Positions 22,351 to 36,427 of a stretch of DNA of 64,000 bases are shown piece after piece; position 1 is the stretch's first letter, and each line of letters begins with the position of its first letter. The notes beneath the pieces were generated by a model, which was given only the letters and a program-made list of their open reading frames with translations, made no database searches and was not told the DNA's origin. Both the position numbers and the translations under genes were made by a program. The stretch lies in the NCBI RefSeq assembly GCF_001194135.2, contig NC_068995.1, positions 33,211,187-33,275,186 on the forward strand, given 5' to 3'. The stretch is from Octopus bimaculoides (taxonomy: Eukaryota).

Positions 22351-24992
22351 ACATCCATGTGTGTTTTTATGTATGTGTTAGTATGTATACAATATCATCA
22401 ATATTTATATATGTCTACGCATGTGAAAGCACGTGTTCTTATGAGCGTATGGGAATACATGTTTGGGCATATGCATATGTGTATGTGTGCATGCATATAA
22501 GAACATGTATGGTATACATGACATTACATGTTCATCATAAGCACGTGTGTCAATCTTAAGTGTATACATATGTATGCGTGTGCATATATATATTTGTGTT
22601 AGTTCTTTAGTTCCTTATAGTAAAGTAAGTATTGACACACTTGATGTTATAGAGAACTGTGATGTCTTCAGATGATTCCTTTAACCCCTTAGTTACCATA
22701 TTTCTGTTTAATACAATGCCTTTGTTCCAATTAATATTCCTTTCTACTATAGGCACAATGCCTGAAATTTTTGTGGAAGGGGTTAAGTTGATTACATCAA
22801 CCCCAAGTGGATTTAAGACAAAGTTGATCTTGGCAGAATTTGAATGAAGAATGCAAAGATGGACGAAATGTTGCTAAGCATTTTGCTTGGTGTGCTAAGG
22901 ATTCTGATAGCTCGCCACCTTTTTGTTCCTCTTGATATTGAAATAGTGGCTAATTTAGTAAAATAGCTTTGTTAATATTAAGGTGGTCTTTGAAACATAA
23001 ATTAGCATGAAATTTTGTTGAATAGTTTGAATCTAAATCACTAAAATAGGAAGTTTGTATTACAGAACCAGGGACAGGCACAGACATGTTAGTATCAAAA
23101 TGATAACAATCATTATTCAAATGGCTAATTCTGACCAGAAAAGGTAGGAGACAATTATAATTAATTGATTTTAATTGATTTTAATTGATTAAAATTCATT
23201 AAAATATGGAATATAGTAGGAAGTGTGTGTGACATTTTACAGTCCTGTGACAACTCCAGACATGTTTGTGTTGTGAGATGTTTTAATTATGACTCAGAGC
23301 TTAAAATAATTCCATTAGTGATTCTCAACATTTTGATTTGTTACACAACAGACATGAAAAGACAATTAATGCCACTTTTGGCAGAGAAAGCTAAAAATTG
23401 TTGCTGCACTTTGAATGGTAATTAAAAAAACTAAAACCTGTTTTAAAGTTAGGAATATAGAACAAATAGATTAACTACCCCTTATCTAATTTCATTAAAC
23501 CTATTTGTGTATAACAAAACTACGAGCAATATGTTTTATGAGAGGCTTGTGCATTACTATAAATTTTTTTTAAAGCCTTAAATTATATTTTTAAAAATTT
23601 GCAATGTATGTAGAAACCATTTGTGATGTGATGCACCAGTGCACTGCTGTATCATAAATTGGGAGCCACTGGACTAGAGAGAGTCAGGCTTTTTGTTTCA
23701 TGAAAAAATACAGGGTAACATAAAAAGAATGACATGAGTAAATTATCCAGGTGTGCTTACAAGAAAGCTTACCTCATGTGTGCTAGTACCCATTTGACTT
23801 ATTAAGTCTGCATGCAGTAGACATCTCACTTGTTATTTTACCCCGTCATTCCTTAAGTTGTCACACTCTTCAATCATCATCATCATCATCATGGTCATCA
23901 TCAACATTGTCATCATCATCATTATCGTCGTCATCATCTTCATCATTATCATCATCTTTTAACATCCTTTTACATGCTAGCATAGGTTGGACGTTTTGAC
24001 CAGAGCTGGCAAACAAGAGAGCTACATCAGGTTCCAGTCTGATTTAGTTTAGTTTCTACAGATTGCCCTTCCTAATGCCAACCACTTTACAGTATGTGCT
24101 TGGTGCTTTTAATGTTTTCATCTGGTACAAGCACAATTGCTTTTTACATAACACTGGTGCAGGGCTCTTGCAGACCAGTTAATCATTGACAAAACCTATA
24201 GCAATCTGGATATTTTCCAAACTTGCTGTTATAGTTAGACTATGTTTAGCTTCAATGGTATCGCTTTACACCTCCCCTCAAAAACGTTGGTCTTGTGCCT
24301 AAATTAGAAGGCATGTAAATTAGTAGTTATTATATATGCAAATGAAGTGATGTGATCCCAATCCAACATTGAAACATCACATTCTCAGCTTGATGGAAAC
24401 TTATCTCTAACTTACCACCATCAAGGTTTCAACACCATCATTTAAATTATGGGTTTGTAATACTTTCAGCTACCACCAATCAAGCTAACAAAAAAACTTC
24501 TATGTAGGTGTTCAACATGTTAGAAAGAGCCACTAAATCTCCCTCAAAAAGGAATGCAATAACTTGGAAAATAATGTTATTTTATGTATTCTATGCCTGA
24601 AAAGAGATGGGATAGTCATGAGCTTTTATCATATACTTGTTTAATCAGGCTGACCTGGGGTTAAACAACCACAACACTAGCAAAATTAACTAAAGATAAC
24701 AGCAAATTTAAGGTTTTACTCCAATTTACAAAATACCTCTTATGTCTTTCACATGAACTTTGAAGAAATACTAAATCAACAAATTTGTAGCCTTGTGTCT
24801 ATATAATAAAATTGCTATTTTTGTGAAAGCAAAAGAAACTTTGCATTAGAAGAGTGATATGCTTTGTAAAATTTGCAGCGATAGCCATTCTTTCTTTTGT
24901 GGGTTGTGCACAACAACATTATCTAAGATGGTTGGATGGGATTTGAAGCAGATTTGGCTACTATTTCTTGCAAGTCAAGTAATCACCTAGAT

Positions 24993-25249
24993 CAATGGTT
25001 CTCAACCCCTTTTTTTTCCATGGACCCTTTTGATTCCTATTTTACTCTACTAGACCTCCATAACCATTTGCCATGTATTAAAAAAAAATTCTACAGTAAT
25101 TTTATAATTAAATGTCATTAGGAATTGTATAAAAGAAATTAAAATATTTTGTGTATTGTAGAAGTATAACCAATTTATTGCACATAAAACTTTAATAAAA
25201 TCTCATATAGACTCACAAGGACCATATGGACCCTGGATGAGAACCACTG
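24993..25249. mobile_element. hAT (Charlie-like) MITE, 257 bp
   Basis: TIRs CAATGGTTCTCAAC...GATGAGAACCACTG; 8-bp TSD ACCTAGAT/ACCTAGAG at 24985-24992 and 25250-25257. Confidence 0.85.
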
Positions 25250-26473
25250 ACCTAGAGGTTCCTGTTAATGCATATTTCTAATAGATATTTCTACATATGT
25301 ATATAGCAGCAATGGTTTTGTTTGTACATCAGGTTATCAATGTAGTGATAAGATATAGCCATCTACCAAATGTAGTGTGTAGATGTAATGCTTGTATGTA
25401 ATGCTCTTTGGTGTGAGGTTCTCACAACAGAGATACCAATGAAGAATAACATTCAAAAGGAAGGAATATTATTTACATCTTTTATTTGCCCAGCAAGTGG
25501 TTAGTAGTTAGTAAGACAGTAGTAACTGTACATAGTTAGGATGACAAATGGTTCATTCTGTAGTGTGGAAGCTTCATTCTGCTGGTAGAGAGAGAAAGAG
25601 TAGGGAATGCACAGTACTGACAAAACAAGAAGAAAGGATAAAGGTGGCATCTCCCCTTTTTGATTTCAACCAAACTGTTCTTCATATGGCGAATGAAGGG
25701 TGAAGAGAAGTGTTGCTCCTGGTCATGGCTGACACAAAAGAGAGCAAGAAAGGAAATGGTCTCTGTTATATAGACTATGCTAGGATGTAGGTTAAATTCT
25801 AAACAAAGGGCTGACCTTTAAGTGACCACGAAAATGTCTTAGGTCACATGTTTGCTATCTTAAGCTAGACAACCAAAAAAGGATCTTCTGCATGTACTTC
25901 TAATATAACTTTCTTCTTTCCTCCTGCCACATGTCTTGTACTCTGCCTTTTATCTCAATATTCCTCCTCATCCTCATCATCATTTACATCTATCCTCCAA
26001 GCTGGTATTACATAAAATAAGATGCATTCAACACCATAAAACAGCAAGTCTAACTCTCAGCAGTCTCATACTTTCCAATTTCTCTAGCAGATTTGATATT
26101 TTCACAGAATGATATTTGATTCTTTAAAGACAGTGAAAATAACCGAAACCATACAGTGCTTGACTGAATGTATTATGAACCATGAGCACAATTACTAGAT
26201 CTGCTAGAAATGGCAGTTAGATTTCTTTCGCATCAAACCTCACCACCTTACAAAAAGAGGGACTCAACTGATAATGTAATTCTGGGTTCAGTCATGCTGG
26301 ATAAAAGATGGGATAGCCAGGAACACAATTCTTTTGATCATATCTTGGAAGGCAACAAGAATCACTAAATATCACAGTATTTTTTATTTTGTTCAATTTA
26401 AGTTCTGTGTTTAAAATGTTGCAAAGGTTGACTTCATTGATATAATGGGACCAGTAATATGTGGTAATCAATT

Positions 26474-26690
26474 TAAGGCAGCGAGCTGGCAGAATTGTTA
26501 GCACACCAGGTAACATGCTTAGCAACATTTTGTTCATCATTATGTTCTGAGTTCAAATTCTGCCAAGGTCAACATAGCCTTTAATCCTTTCAGGGTTGAT
26601 GAAATAAATACCAGTTGTTCACAGGGGTCAATGTAATCAACTTACCTCCTCCCCCAAAATTGCTGGCCTTGTGCAAACATGCTGGAATTA
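26474..26690 (+). mobile_element. SINE family B
   Basis: GGCAGCGAGCTGGCAGAATTGTTAGC...GAGTTCAAATTCTGCC...CCTCCCCCAAAATTGCTGGCC. Confidence 0.85.
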
Positions 26691-27151
26691 ATTCAATGGG
26701 TTATAACCCTGCCCCCCCCCCTCACACACACACACACTCTCTCCATAGTCAATTTATTGCAAGAGTTTCAAACATGATAAGCAGAAATAAAATTATTATA
26801 CATGCTAGATGCAGAAAGAAACTTGACAAATACAACTTTTTATATTTTTTTCCCCTAAAATCATTAATCGACACTGAAATGTTTTCTCACATTCTGGTAA
26901 CCAGGAAATGATAGATCATCTGATGTCATAAAGTCATATTTCTGCACACACACACACACACACATACATGATATAAGTATCCTTCCTCATCAATATTTGC
27001 TACTGTCATATGACTACAGCCATAAATATAACTGACAGTATTATTGCAAGATGAAATTCATGTATTAGACCAGTGTTTTAGCTGAGTTATAAGCATTAGT
27101 CCTGGACCTAAGCATGTAATCAATACTTGTATGTTTAATATATAAGTAAGG

Positions 27152-27372
27152 CACGGCAGTGAGCTGGCAGTTAGCACACCGGGCGAAATGCTTAGCAGTA
27201 TTTCATCTGTCTTTACATACTGAGTTCAAATTCCACTGAGATCGATTTTGCCTTTCATCCTTTCGGGGTCGATAAATTAAGTACCAGTTGCATACTGGGG
27301 TCGGTCTAATCGACCAGCCCTCTCCCCCAAAATTTCAGGCCTTGGTCCTAGAGTAGAAAAAAAAAAAATAAG
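27152..27372 (+). mobile_element. SINE family B, full length with 15-bp TSD
   Basis: TSD AATATATAAGTAAGG at 27137-27151 and 27373-27387; B-box-like GAGTTCAAATTCC; A-rich tail. Confidence 0.95.
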
Positions 27373-27758
27373 AATATATAAGTAAGGTATAGTGAATATT
27401 CAAGGGAATCAGAAGACGGCATTGTAACATGTAGATTAAGGAATTGGTTTATTGACTTTGAAGTCATGCATGTTTTACGATGGGTCACCAATTTTTACTT
27501 ATGAATCATGTATATCATTGTACAATATTGTTATGTGTTTGAAGAGTATAATCAATAAGAGAAGCTATCTCTAAAATAAACATTGAGATTTTATTCCTTC
27601 ATAAAGTTTATGCAGCAGTCAGGACAAAATTAAATATTAACAAGTTCTGTTGGGTTGTCGTTTCTCCATTACCATGGTAATTAAGCTTAGACCATCAATG
27701 GTTATATGACTCTGCTATGTATCGATTCTCCTGTGGAAAGTTGAATCCTGCAGCTCAC

Positions 27759-27808
27759 CTCAATGAAAGCTGTCACCCCCTCTAACTTGTAAAAGGTTTG
27801 TTGAACCA
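27759..27808 (-). CDS. Candidate internal exon (50 nt, phase 1 to 0)
   Basis: ctctttttctccataaag|TG GTT...GAG|gtgagc; only one frame is open: (V)VQQTFYKLEGVTAFIE. Confidence 0.35.
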
Positions 27809-28169
27809 CTTTATGGAGAAAAAGAGGCTCCAGGACTCATACAGAACTGTCGCTTAAAATATGTTACACACAACGTGATTGGACTTTCAATCCAATTCCC
27901 ATGCAACACTTAACTAATCGCAACACGGGGTTCAATAATTGGCCCAAAACTCATGATGGATATTTTAGCCAATCACAACAAATTATTGTGGTGAGCTGAT
28001 TATTAAATGCTCACTACATATATAAGCAAAACTCAATACTCTTTTTATGCAACAATACAATTTGCTTTTGCTAAACACTCAAAACTTGATGTAGACGATA
28101 TTTTGTTGTTGTTGCTGTTGTTGGTCAAAATATCTTTCTCTGCTAATATAGACTTATGGCATAAAGTTG

Positions 28170-28880
28170 AGATTGGCAACAGGTAGGCCACTAAGGTGTT
28201 TTTTGTGGGCCTCAGAACTTTTCTGAAAATTTTTGAAAATTTAATGCACTTGTTGGCTATTGAATAACTGATGGCTTTTAGACAGTCTTTTGTGTCATGA
28301 TATCTTTTCATGTTTTAATCTCTCACTTGTTTCAGTCACTAGAAATGGAACCATACTGGGGCACCACCTTGAAGAAGTGTAGTCGGAACAGCCTATTGCA
28401 GAGACGAGCGAAGTTGAACGGCATCAAATGCATGATCCTCGTGGGGCATGTTATCAGGATGCTGGAAAACTGTATACCCAAGATTATCCTTTTTGAGGAT
28501 TTAGCAGAGGGTAATCGACCACACGGAGGTCCATAGAAGCGATATAAAGATCATCTCAAGAAATCCCTGAAGCTCCGCAACATTCCCCCCTAGTGAATTT
28601 GAAGCACTGGTTACAGACCATACTACCTGGAGGTGTATGGTCAAAACTGGTACACAGCATTTTGAGGATGAGCAGACAAGACTTCGCTAAGAAAAGCAGA
28701 GACAGCTCAAGGAACGTAAGCAAAATCCTAGACAAGCTCATCTTCGTCAGAGCCCTCTTCGCTGCTCTCAGTGTAATCAGACATGTGCCTCCAGAATCAG
28801 CCTTTTCAGCCGCGAGAGGGCCTGCTAACGCCATCAAGACAACTCTTAAGTATCAAAGACGATGTCGTCATCTGTCAAGA
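28170..28880 (+). mobile_element. RTE (BovB/RTE-1-like) LINE 3' fragment interrupted by a SINE piece
   Basis: LVGHVIRMLENCIPKIILFEDLAEGNRPHGGP*KRYKDHLKKSL and a C-terminal C..C.R.C.SR.GL..H-like motif; SINE-A tail piece at ~28305-28390. Confidence 0.8.
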
Positions 28881-29346
28881 TGGACTCCTTAGCAGTCAAA
28901 TGAATCAATCCCAGTACTTATTTTTTTAAGCCTGGTCCTTATTCTATCAGCTTCTTTTGCTGAACTGCTAAGTTACAGGAATGTAAACACACCAACACCA
29001 GTTGTCAAATAGTGGTGGGGGACAAACACACACACACACACATACTATATATATATATATATATAGTATTCTCTACTGCCCTGTTTTTGTTCCCAACTTT
29101 GACCCTCCATAATTCCAAAATCTTGTAATTTATAGGAGCAACTGTCTTCGAAGACTCATATTGTCATTGAATGCTTGAAAGGAGGAGTAGTTAGACAGCT
29201 GACAATTGATGAAGGGTCGTTCTCTGTTACTTCCATTTTTTTCTCTCATTGCTTGCATATTTAACTCATTTGTTTTCATACTTTATGTTTTTTACACAGT
29301 TGGTGACATCCTGTACCATATATGCATATATATATATATATATTAG

Positions 29347-30070
29347 TAGCAGGGGAGGGTGTGCTGAAAGTGTAGCTGCTAGAATAAGAAAAGACTGGGC
29401 AAAATTCAGAGAGCTCTTACCTGTGCTGGTGACAAAGGGCCTCTCACTCAGAGTAAAAGGCAGACTGTATGACGCATGTGTACGAACAGCCATGCTACAT
29501 GGCAGTGAAACATGGGCCGTGACTACTGAGGACGTGTGTAAGCTCACAAGGAAAGAAGCCACTATGCTCCGATTGATGTGTAATGTCAATGTGCATACTC
29601 GACAGAGTGTAAGTACCTTGAGAGAAAAGTTGGACCTAAGAAGCGTCAGTTGTGGTGTGCAAGAGAGATGATTGTGCTGGTATGGACATGTGGTGAGAAT
29701 GGATGAGGATAGCTGTGTGAAAAAGTGTCACACCCTAGCGGTTGAGGGAACCTGTGGAAGAGATAGACCCAGGAAGACCTGGGATGATGTAGTGAAGCAC
29801 AAACTTTGAACATTAGGCCTCACCGAGGCAATGACTTCTGACCGAGACCTTTGGAAATATGCAGTGCGCGAGAAGACCCGACAAGCCAAGTGAGACTATA
29901 ATTCGAGGCCAGGGGTGTAGCCAGTCCACTTATGCATCCTTTCCTTCATTGGACACTAAACTCTGCTTGCGAAGACCTGTTTAGGCAAATGAAATCAAAA
30001 TCAAACCAAATTCGACGATTGGCACCCATGCCAACCTCTCCTTCATTGGACAGCTTGCGAAGACCTGCTG
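29347..30070 (+). mobile_element. RTE LINE 3' portion, best-preserved LINE in the window
   Basis: WAKFRELLPVLVTKGLSLRVKGRLYDACVRTAMLHGSETW...WYGHVVRMDEDSCVKKC...GRDRPRKTWDDVV...DRDLWKYAVREKTRQAK*, plus 3' UTR. Confidence 0.92.
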
Positions 30071-30670
30071 GGGCAAGTTTTGAATGTTTTGAATATGCAA
30101 ATAAAGCTCCTATTCCATTATGCCAGCCACCATCTCATGATGCTGACTAGTGAGCCAGTTTTTTGGGGTTGCATCAAGTTACACCAATATAATGTAGGAT
30201 AAATAATAATAACAATAATCCTAGGATGGAATTTATAAATATTTAATGCATCACTACCTGCGTTTCCACAAATCACATGACTTTTAAGATCACAGTCCTG
30301 GGATGATTAGAGTGTAGTCTGTAGTATCCATGGACATCCGGTTGATCATCAAAATTGATCATTTTTTCTGACGATATAACATTAGTGGATGAACCACAGA
30401 GGGATGCTTTTCTCTTTTTTACCAGTCTGAAGGTCAAGTGAGATATGTGGGTATTTGTGTGTGCATTTGGTGGGGAGGAGTGGAAGGTGATGGGAATATA
30501 AGATATATATATATCTTACTAATGTGTGCTTTTTAAATTTTCTTGCAATTTATAAATAGCTTTGTTGGTTACAAGTTTTTTTATGTCGATTGATTTTACA
30601 GTATGTAATATTTTGCTAACATAAATTACTGTAAGATACTCACACATGCACACACACACACACATACACA

Positions 30671-30701
<31 letters not shown>

Positions 30702-31140
30702 NNNNNNNNNNACACACACACACACACACACACACACACAAGCACACACACACACACACATACATGTATGGACACACATACTCATGCATTCACATATGCA
30801 CAATATGCAAATACACACACATATTCACACAAATATATATGTATATATACGCACATATATATACATACATGAAGAATCTATGTGTGTGTATGTGGGTAAA
30901 TGTGTGAGTGAATGAGAGTGTGTAAGTGAATGAAAGTGTGTTGTGGTGGTGGTGGGGCAGGGGGTTAAATACTAATCTCAAGTGAAAGTGTTCAATAACT
31001 AATCAGTTCATAGAAATGATTTCTCTTCAGATCTATTTTGAAAACAGATTGTTTCTTGTTTGAAACTAAAGATTGTCATCTTCTTGATTAATTACAATAT
31101 GATTAATTAGTTAACCTGAAGTAACATAACAAATCAGATA

Positions 31141-31420
31141 TTCTTTTACTCTTTTACTGAACCGCTAAGTTACGGGGACGGTTGTCAAGTAATGGTGGGG
31201 GGACAAACACAGACACACAAACATATACACACATACATATATATATATATATATACATATATACGACAGGGTTCTTTCAGTTTCCATCTACCAAATCCAC
31301 TCACAAGGCTTTGGTCGGCCCGATGCTATAGTAGAAGACACTTGCCCAAGGTGCCACGCAGTGGGAATGAACCCAGAACCATGTGGTTGGTAGGCAAGCT
31401 ACTTACCACGCAGCCACTCT
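31141..31420 (-). mobile_element. SINE family A with internal deletion
   Basis: Reverse complement of the head (GAGTGGCTGCGTGGTAAGTAGCTTGCC), core and internal (TA/TG)n. Confidence 0.85.
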
Positions 31421-31869
31421 TGACAACCCAGCCAACTTCTGTACAAAATATATTCCAATTTCTTCATTTCATTTAATTCTATGAATGAACAATGATATTT
31501 TTAGTTAGCAACATATTTTTCACAGGATGAAAAATAAAGAAAAAAAATTAAAGTATAAAAGATTAAATTATCAAGAAAAAAGAAAACAGGGATTATTTCA
31601 ACAAGGAAAGAGAGAAAAAAATGTCAGGGAGGAATTAAGCTGCAAATGATGGTGGGGTTGGAGTAACAGATTGTACACCCCAGTCCAGATGGTGTGCCTT
31701 GTTGACATAATCACCAAGGTGTTGCCAGCTCATTGTGCAGGGCTCATTTCTCAGACAGACTGCTGTTATTCCAATTTTGTGGAGGAAATCAGCAGTGTTG
31801 AGTCTGAGAACACCTGAGGTCTCATTGGCAACTGGCACAAACAGATAGTGGCTGATCAAGCTTGGGTGC

Positions 31870-32640
31870 TTGTTGATTTCCCCTTTTCTTCATTACAGGT
31901 GTAAGTTCCCAAGTTTGTGGACAATGCAGCAAGGTTGGAGATGGAGAACATGTTGCAGGAGTCTTGGTACTGTAAAACATGATTTAATAATGTGAAAGCT
32001 AGACTTTTGAATAATCAATCAATGTGTTGCAGGACATCGAATCCCAGATTAGGGATTTACTTTTTTTGGATAGAATGAGAATTATTCCACCAGGGTGCTT
32101 ACCATCCCTCTGGTCAAGACCAACTGGCTCTAGTTGTGATGGGAAGCTAGCTGTATTGAGGTTTCCTCTGATGATGTCATTCAGAGCAATGTATCAAGGG
32201 AACCATCCCATACTATGGCTGTAGGATAATGGATGCAGGCCAATTTCATCAACTGCAGCTCAACAATGGAAACGAAAGGGTACCAGTTGATAAGAAAGGT
32301 AACAAATCAAGCCATGCACCACTGTTTGGCTGTGAAGCAGGATGGGATGCAGGTAAGGCAGTGCTGGTCTAAACATGTTTCAATCTGCTTGAAGGTATAT
32401 TTGCATTTGATGATGTTCCACTTACATTGGACATCTGTATTTTAAGGGATAGCAAAGCCTTAAATGATCAAATTGGCCAGAGCTGACTCCAGTTCCCAGG
32501 CCACAATGGGTTCAGCCATCCTGCAGAGTACCTCACCAATGAGGGTGCAGCTAAAGGAGATTGAGGGAAGATAGGCCAGCAGTGCCAAGTCCAAAGCAAA
32601 ATAGGGGCCTCTCATGACACTTTCATGGAAGTCTTTCCAG
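31870..32640 (+). mobile_element. Highly decayed non-LTR RT region (RTE-like)
   Basis: Residual motifs only: ...FRAMYQG, PLFGCEA(W), CLKVYL, QFPGHN, KEIEGR. Confidence 0.4.
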
Positions 32641-32929
32641 TGATCTATTTCATTGTACTGCAAAGGTAATTTCAATCTTAAATATGTTACACCCCAGTTA
32701 TTGTAATCAACCCCTTCTTATCTTGATATCCTAAATGTTTGATTCATTTATAGATATATTCTTTTATTAATCTTTCAATTTTAGTGAATTAAAATTTCCT
32801 GTTCTTCTTCTTCTTCCCTTTTTCTGTAAATGAACATCCCAAACATGGAACTGAGACACCTCATTCTAAATTTGCACTGATTCTATCATTAGAGACTTCA
32901 GAAACATTCTCCAGTGGGGTCAGACCAAC

Positions 32930-33520
32930 CTTATCTCCTTCAGTATCATAGAATCACAATCACTCCACAAATCAACAGAATATTCATATCCCACTCCAGT
33001 CCTCAACAACAAGCAACTAGAACTATTAAGATCATTACAAATGCTAAACCCCAACATCATGGAAGATCTCTCCCAGCAATCTCACAACATCAGTGTCAAA
33101 GAATGGCCTTCCTCTTCACTTCTTACCCCTACCCAACATCTATTAACTCTATGCAAACTTCAAATGGGATCTCTTATCTGAGGCCATGTTGCAACTATAC
33201 CTACAGACATACTGGAACAAAGCCCACAGACCTGCTGTATCTCCTCCCCCTGCCTTTTTTTTCCACTACTATAGTGGCTTCCACTCTTCACAGCTCTATT
33301 GGTCTGCAGCCATTTCCACTCAGGCACACCTCATTTACTCATCTCTTCTCTTATTACTCCTATTGCACCCATACCTCATCTCCATTCCACCAAGCTACAC
33401 TAACCACTTCACCTAATCCTTTCTCTCCTAGATGTCTCCCCATAGAATCCACTTCCAGTTCATATGTAGCCTGCAGTCATATTGTCATTTTCCAAGAACA
33501 CTAACAATATCAAACTCAAC
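32930..33520 (+). mobile_element. CR1/L2-type LINE 3' fragments
   Basis: VRPTL..., ISQHQCQRMAFLFTSY and AHRPAVS...FFHYYSG resemble the HRRxVxSLxLFYRYY motif; same type as 51090-51360 and 62060-63080. Confidence 0.55.
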
Positions 33521-34312
33521 AGTCTCAAAGAATTTATGAAGGCCATGAACACAGTAGCTCCTTCCCCAAGACCAAACCAATGAGAGGAAAAAACTTAAAA
33601 ACGGGCAACTTTCTTCAAATTTACTAGTCCAGCATTTTTAAATATTTCACAAAGATCAATTTTCACATGATTCTACAATATATTACAATGGCTGTCTGTA
33701 ACTAGAATCCATGTTGTTTTGTGTTGGCAAGGTTGGGTTACCAAGACTTTACTCAGAGATTACTGTAAAAATCCGAATTATTGGAGCAAAATAACTATTT
33801 ATATGTAATGTGTCAACAACAAATTGGTAAATGTCAACAATGTTGAATTCGTTGAGAGAAATAATAATAATAATAATAATAACAATAAACTGAATATATA
33901 TTGTATTACTCGAATGTTAGAAATTGTTCATGCATTAACGTACAACTAAAGTAGAATGATAAGGAAGGAGTTTCAGTTGCAGTGTGTGTGATAAGGCTAT
34001 TACAATGATGATGATGATGGTGATAAAGGTAATTGTTGTGGTAGTGGTGGTGGTGATGTGTGTCTATCTCGGATATGTATGTCCACACTAAACAAACATA
34101 AATCATGGCCATATGATATTATGATATTTCAGTTTACAGCACTTCATCAGCCTCACTGATAGAATATCTTTGCTGTTTTAAATACTTGCTATTTTTTTTA
34201 TCACATCCTTGTCTTATTTTAGTATCTACTTTGCTTCAATGGATTTGAAAAGCTGGTTGTGGAGCAATAATTGTATTGGAATGTTACCACAACACAGTCA
34301 GTGTAATATCAT

Positions 34313-34363
<51 letters not shown>

Positions 34364-34477
34364 ATCTATCTATCTATCTATCGATCTATCTATCTGTCTC
34401 CTTCTCCCTCACACATACACATTATGCATTTGTATATGTATATGGGTGAGTGTGTGTATGTGTGCATTATATACACA

Positions 34478-34857
34478 TTGTTGTTAGCACTCCGTCGCTT
34501 ACAACATCGAGGGTTCCAGTTGATCCGATCAACAGAACAACCTGCTCATGAAATTAACGTGCAAGTGGCTGAGCACTCCACAGACACGTGTACACTTAAC
34601 GTAGTTCTCAGGGATATTCAGCGTGACACAGTGTGACAAGGCAGGCCCTTTGAATTACAGGCACAACAGAAACAGAAAGTAAGAGAAAATTGTGGTGAAA
34701 GAGTACAGCAGGATTCGCCACCATCCCCTGCCTGTCCCTCGTGGAGCTTTAGGTGTTTTCGCTCAATAAACACTCACAACGCCAAGTCTGGGAATCAAAA
34801 CCGTGATCCTATGACCGCAAGTCCGCTGCCCTAACCACTGGGCCATTGCACCTCCAC
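34478..34857 (-). mobile_element. SINE family C subfamily with a different tRNA-like head
   Basis: Minus head GGTGCAATGGCCCAGTGGTTAGGGCAGCGGAC...GGTTTTGATTCCC; 3' body shared with 16840-16997. Confidence 0.85.
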
Positions 34858-35091
34858 ACATACACATAGAGAGGGTATAAGTGTAATAGTGAGAGAAAGA
34901 GAGATCAACATGGTGAATGGTTAAGATGTTCACATTGCAATCACAAGACTCTTCATTCAATCCCATTATGAAATACTTAAGGCAAGCATTACTGACTCCT
35001 GCCCTGGGTTAACCCAACCCAAGGTAGTGGTCAATGAAATCAGGAAGGCAGGAACTGTTTGGGAAACAGTTGGATGGACTGGACCTGTAAT
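34856..35091 (+). repeat. 236-bp direct repeat, copy 1 (copy 2 at 36428-36663)
   Basis: Colinear and same length; shares flank ACACATACACATAGAGAG.GTATAAGTGTAATAG plus an old tRNA-headed SINE. Confidence 0.9.
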
Positions 35092-35191
35092 GTGTGTGGA
35101 ATATTCACTTGAACACTAATACAATGATAGGTAGTCTGCTTGATCAAACAAATGAATTTTCATTGCTGAAACAAGCAGAGATTAATTTACC

Positions 35192-35242
<51 letters not shown>

Positions 35243-35610
35243 NNNNNNNNNNNNNNNNNNNNNNNNNNNNNNNNNNNNNNNNNNNNNNNNNNNNNNNNNN
35301 NNNNNNNNNNNNNNNNNNNNNNNNNNNNNNNNNNNNNNNNNNNNNNNNNNNNNNNNNNNNNNNNNNNNNNNNNNNNNNNNNNNNNNNNNNNNNNNNNNNN
35401 NNNNNNNNNNNNNNNNNNNNNNNNNNNNNNNNNNNNNNNNNNNNNNNNNNNNNNNNNNNNNNNNNNNNNNNNNNNNNNNNNNNNNNNNNNNNNNNNNNNN
35501 NNNNNNNNNNNNNNNNNNNNNNNNNNNNNNNNNNNNNNNNNNNNNNNNNNNNNNNNNNNNNNNNNNNNNNNNNNNNNNNNNNNNNNNNNNNNNNNNNNNN
35601 NNNNNNNNNN

Positions 35611-35649
<39 letters not shown>

Positions 35650-35684
35650 CGTAAACGCACACATATATTATATACCTTTTATCT

Positions 35685-36005
35685 TTTACTTGTTTCAGTC
35701 ATTAGGCTGCGGCCTTGCTGGAGCATTGCCTTGAAGAATTTTTAGCCAAATGAATCAACCCCAGCATTTATTTTAATAAGCCCAGTATTTATTCTATCGG
35801 TCTCTTTTGCTGAATCATTAAGTTATGGGATATAAACACACCAACACTGGTGGTCAAGCGATGTTGGGAGACAAACACAGACAGAAGAACACATACACAT
35901 AGATATATCTATATATGATAGGCTTCTTTTTGTTTCTGTCTACCAAATCCATTCACAAGGCTTTGGTCAGCCTGAGGCTATTACCAGAAGACACTCACCC
36001 AAGGT
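35685..36005 (-). mobile_element. SINE family A
   Basis: TTTTACTTGTTTCAGTCATTAGGCTGCGGCC...CCAAATCCATTCACAAGGCTTTGG...GAAGACACTCACCCAAGGTG. Confidence 0.8.
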
Positions 36006-36427
36006 GTGTGTGTATACACATTAATATTTAACAGTGAGAATGAGTATTTAACACTGCATTGGTGAATAAATATTCTTTATTCGTGGGATAACCAAACTAC
36101 CATTGGTTTCATGTTGAGAGAGATATCTCTCAACAATTATTCAAGTCTACCATATGGGACATTGGTGTTTATCTCCATCTTGGGTAAAAACATATGTTCT
36201 GCAGTTCTTTAAGATAATTTGAGATGAAAGGTAAATCTCATTCATATACACTTGTAGTAAACACAGTTTCGCATCACTGTGAAAAATAAACATTTATCTA
36301 ACCATGGATAGTTGAAACTAGTCTGGTGAATCACTTCTCAAAGAAAGATAAACCTGTAGTTTACTACTTTGTTTACTTGTCACAGTGAAGCTGAATGATG
36401 TTAACTTGGAACACATATGAGTTATAC

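Noticed and set aside
26205-26370. Protein-like plus frame KWQLDFFRIKPPPPYKKRDSTD...
   Set aside because: No convincing acceptor or start, and no recognisable family.
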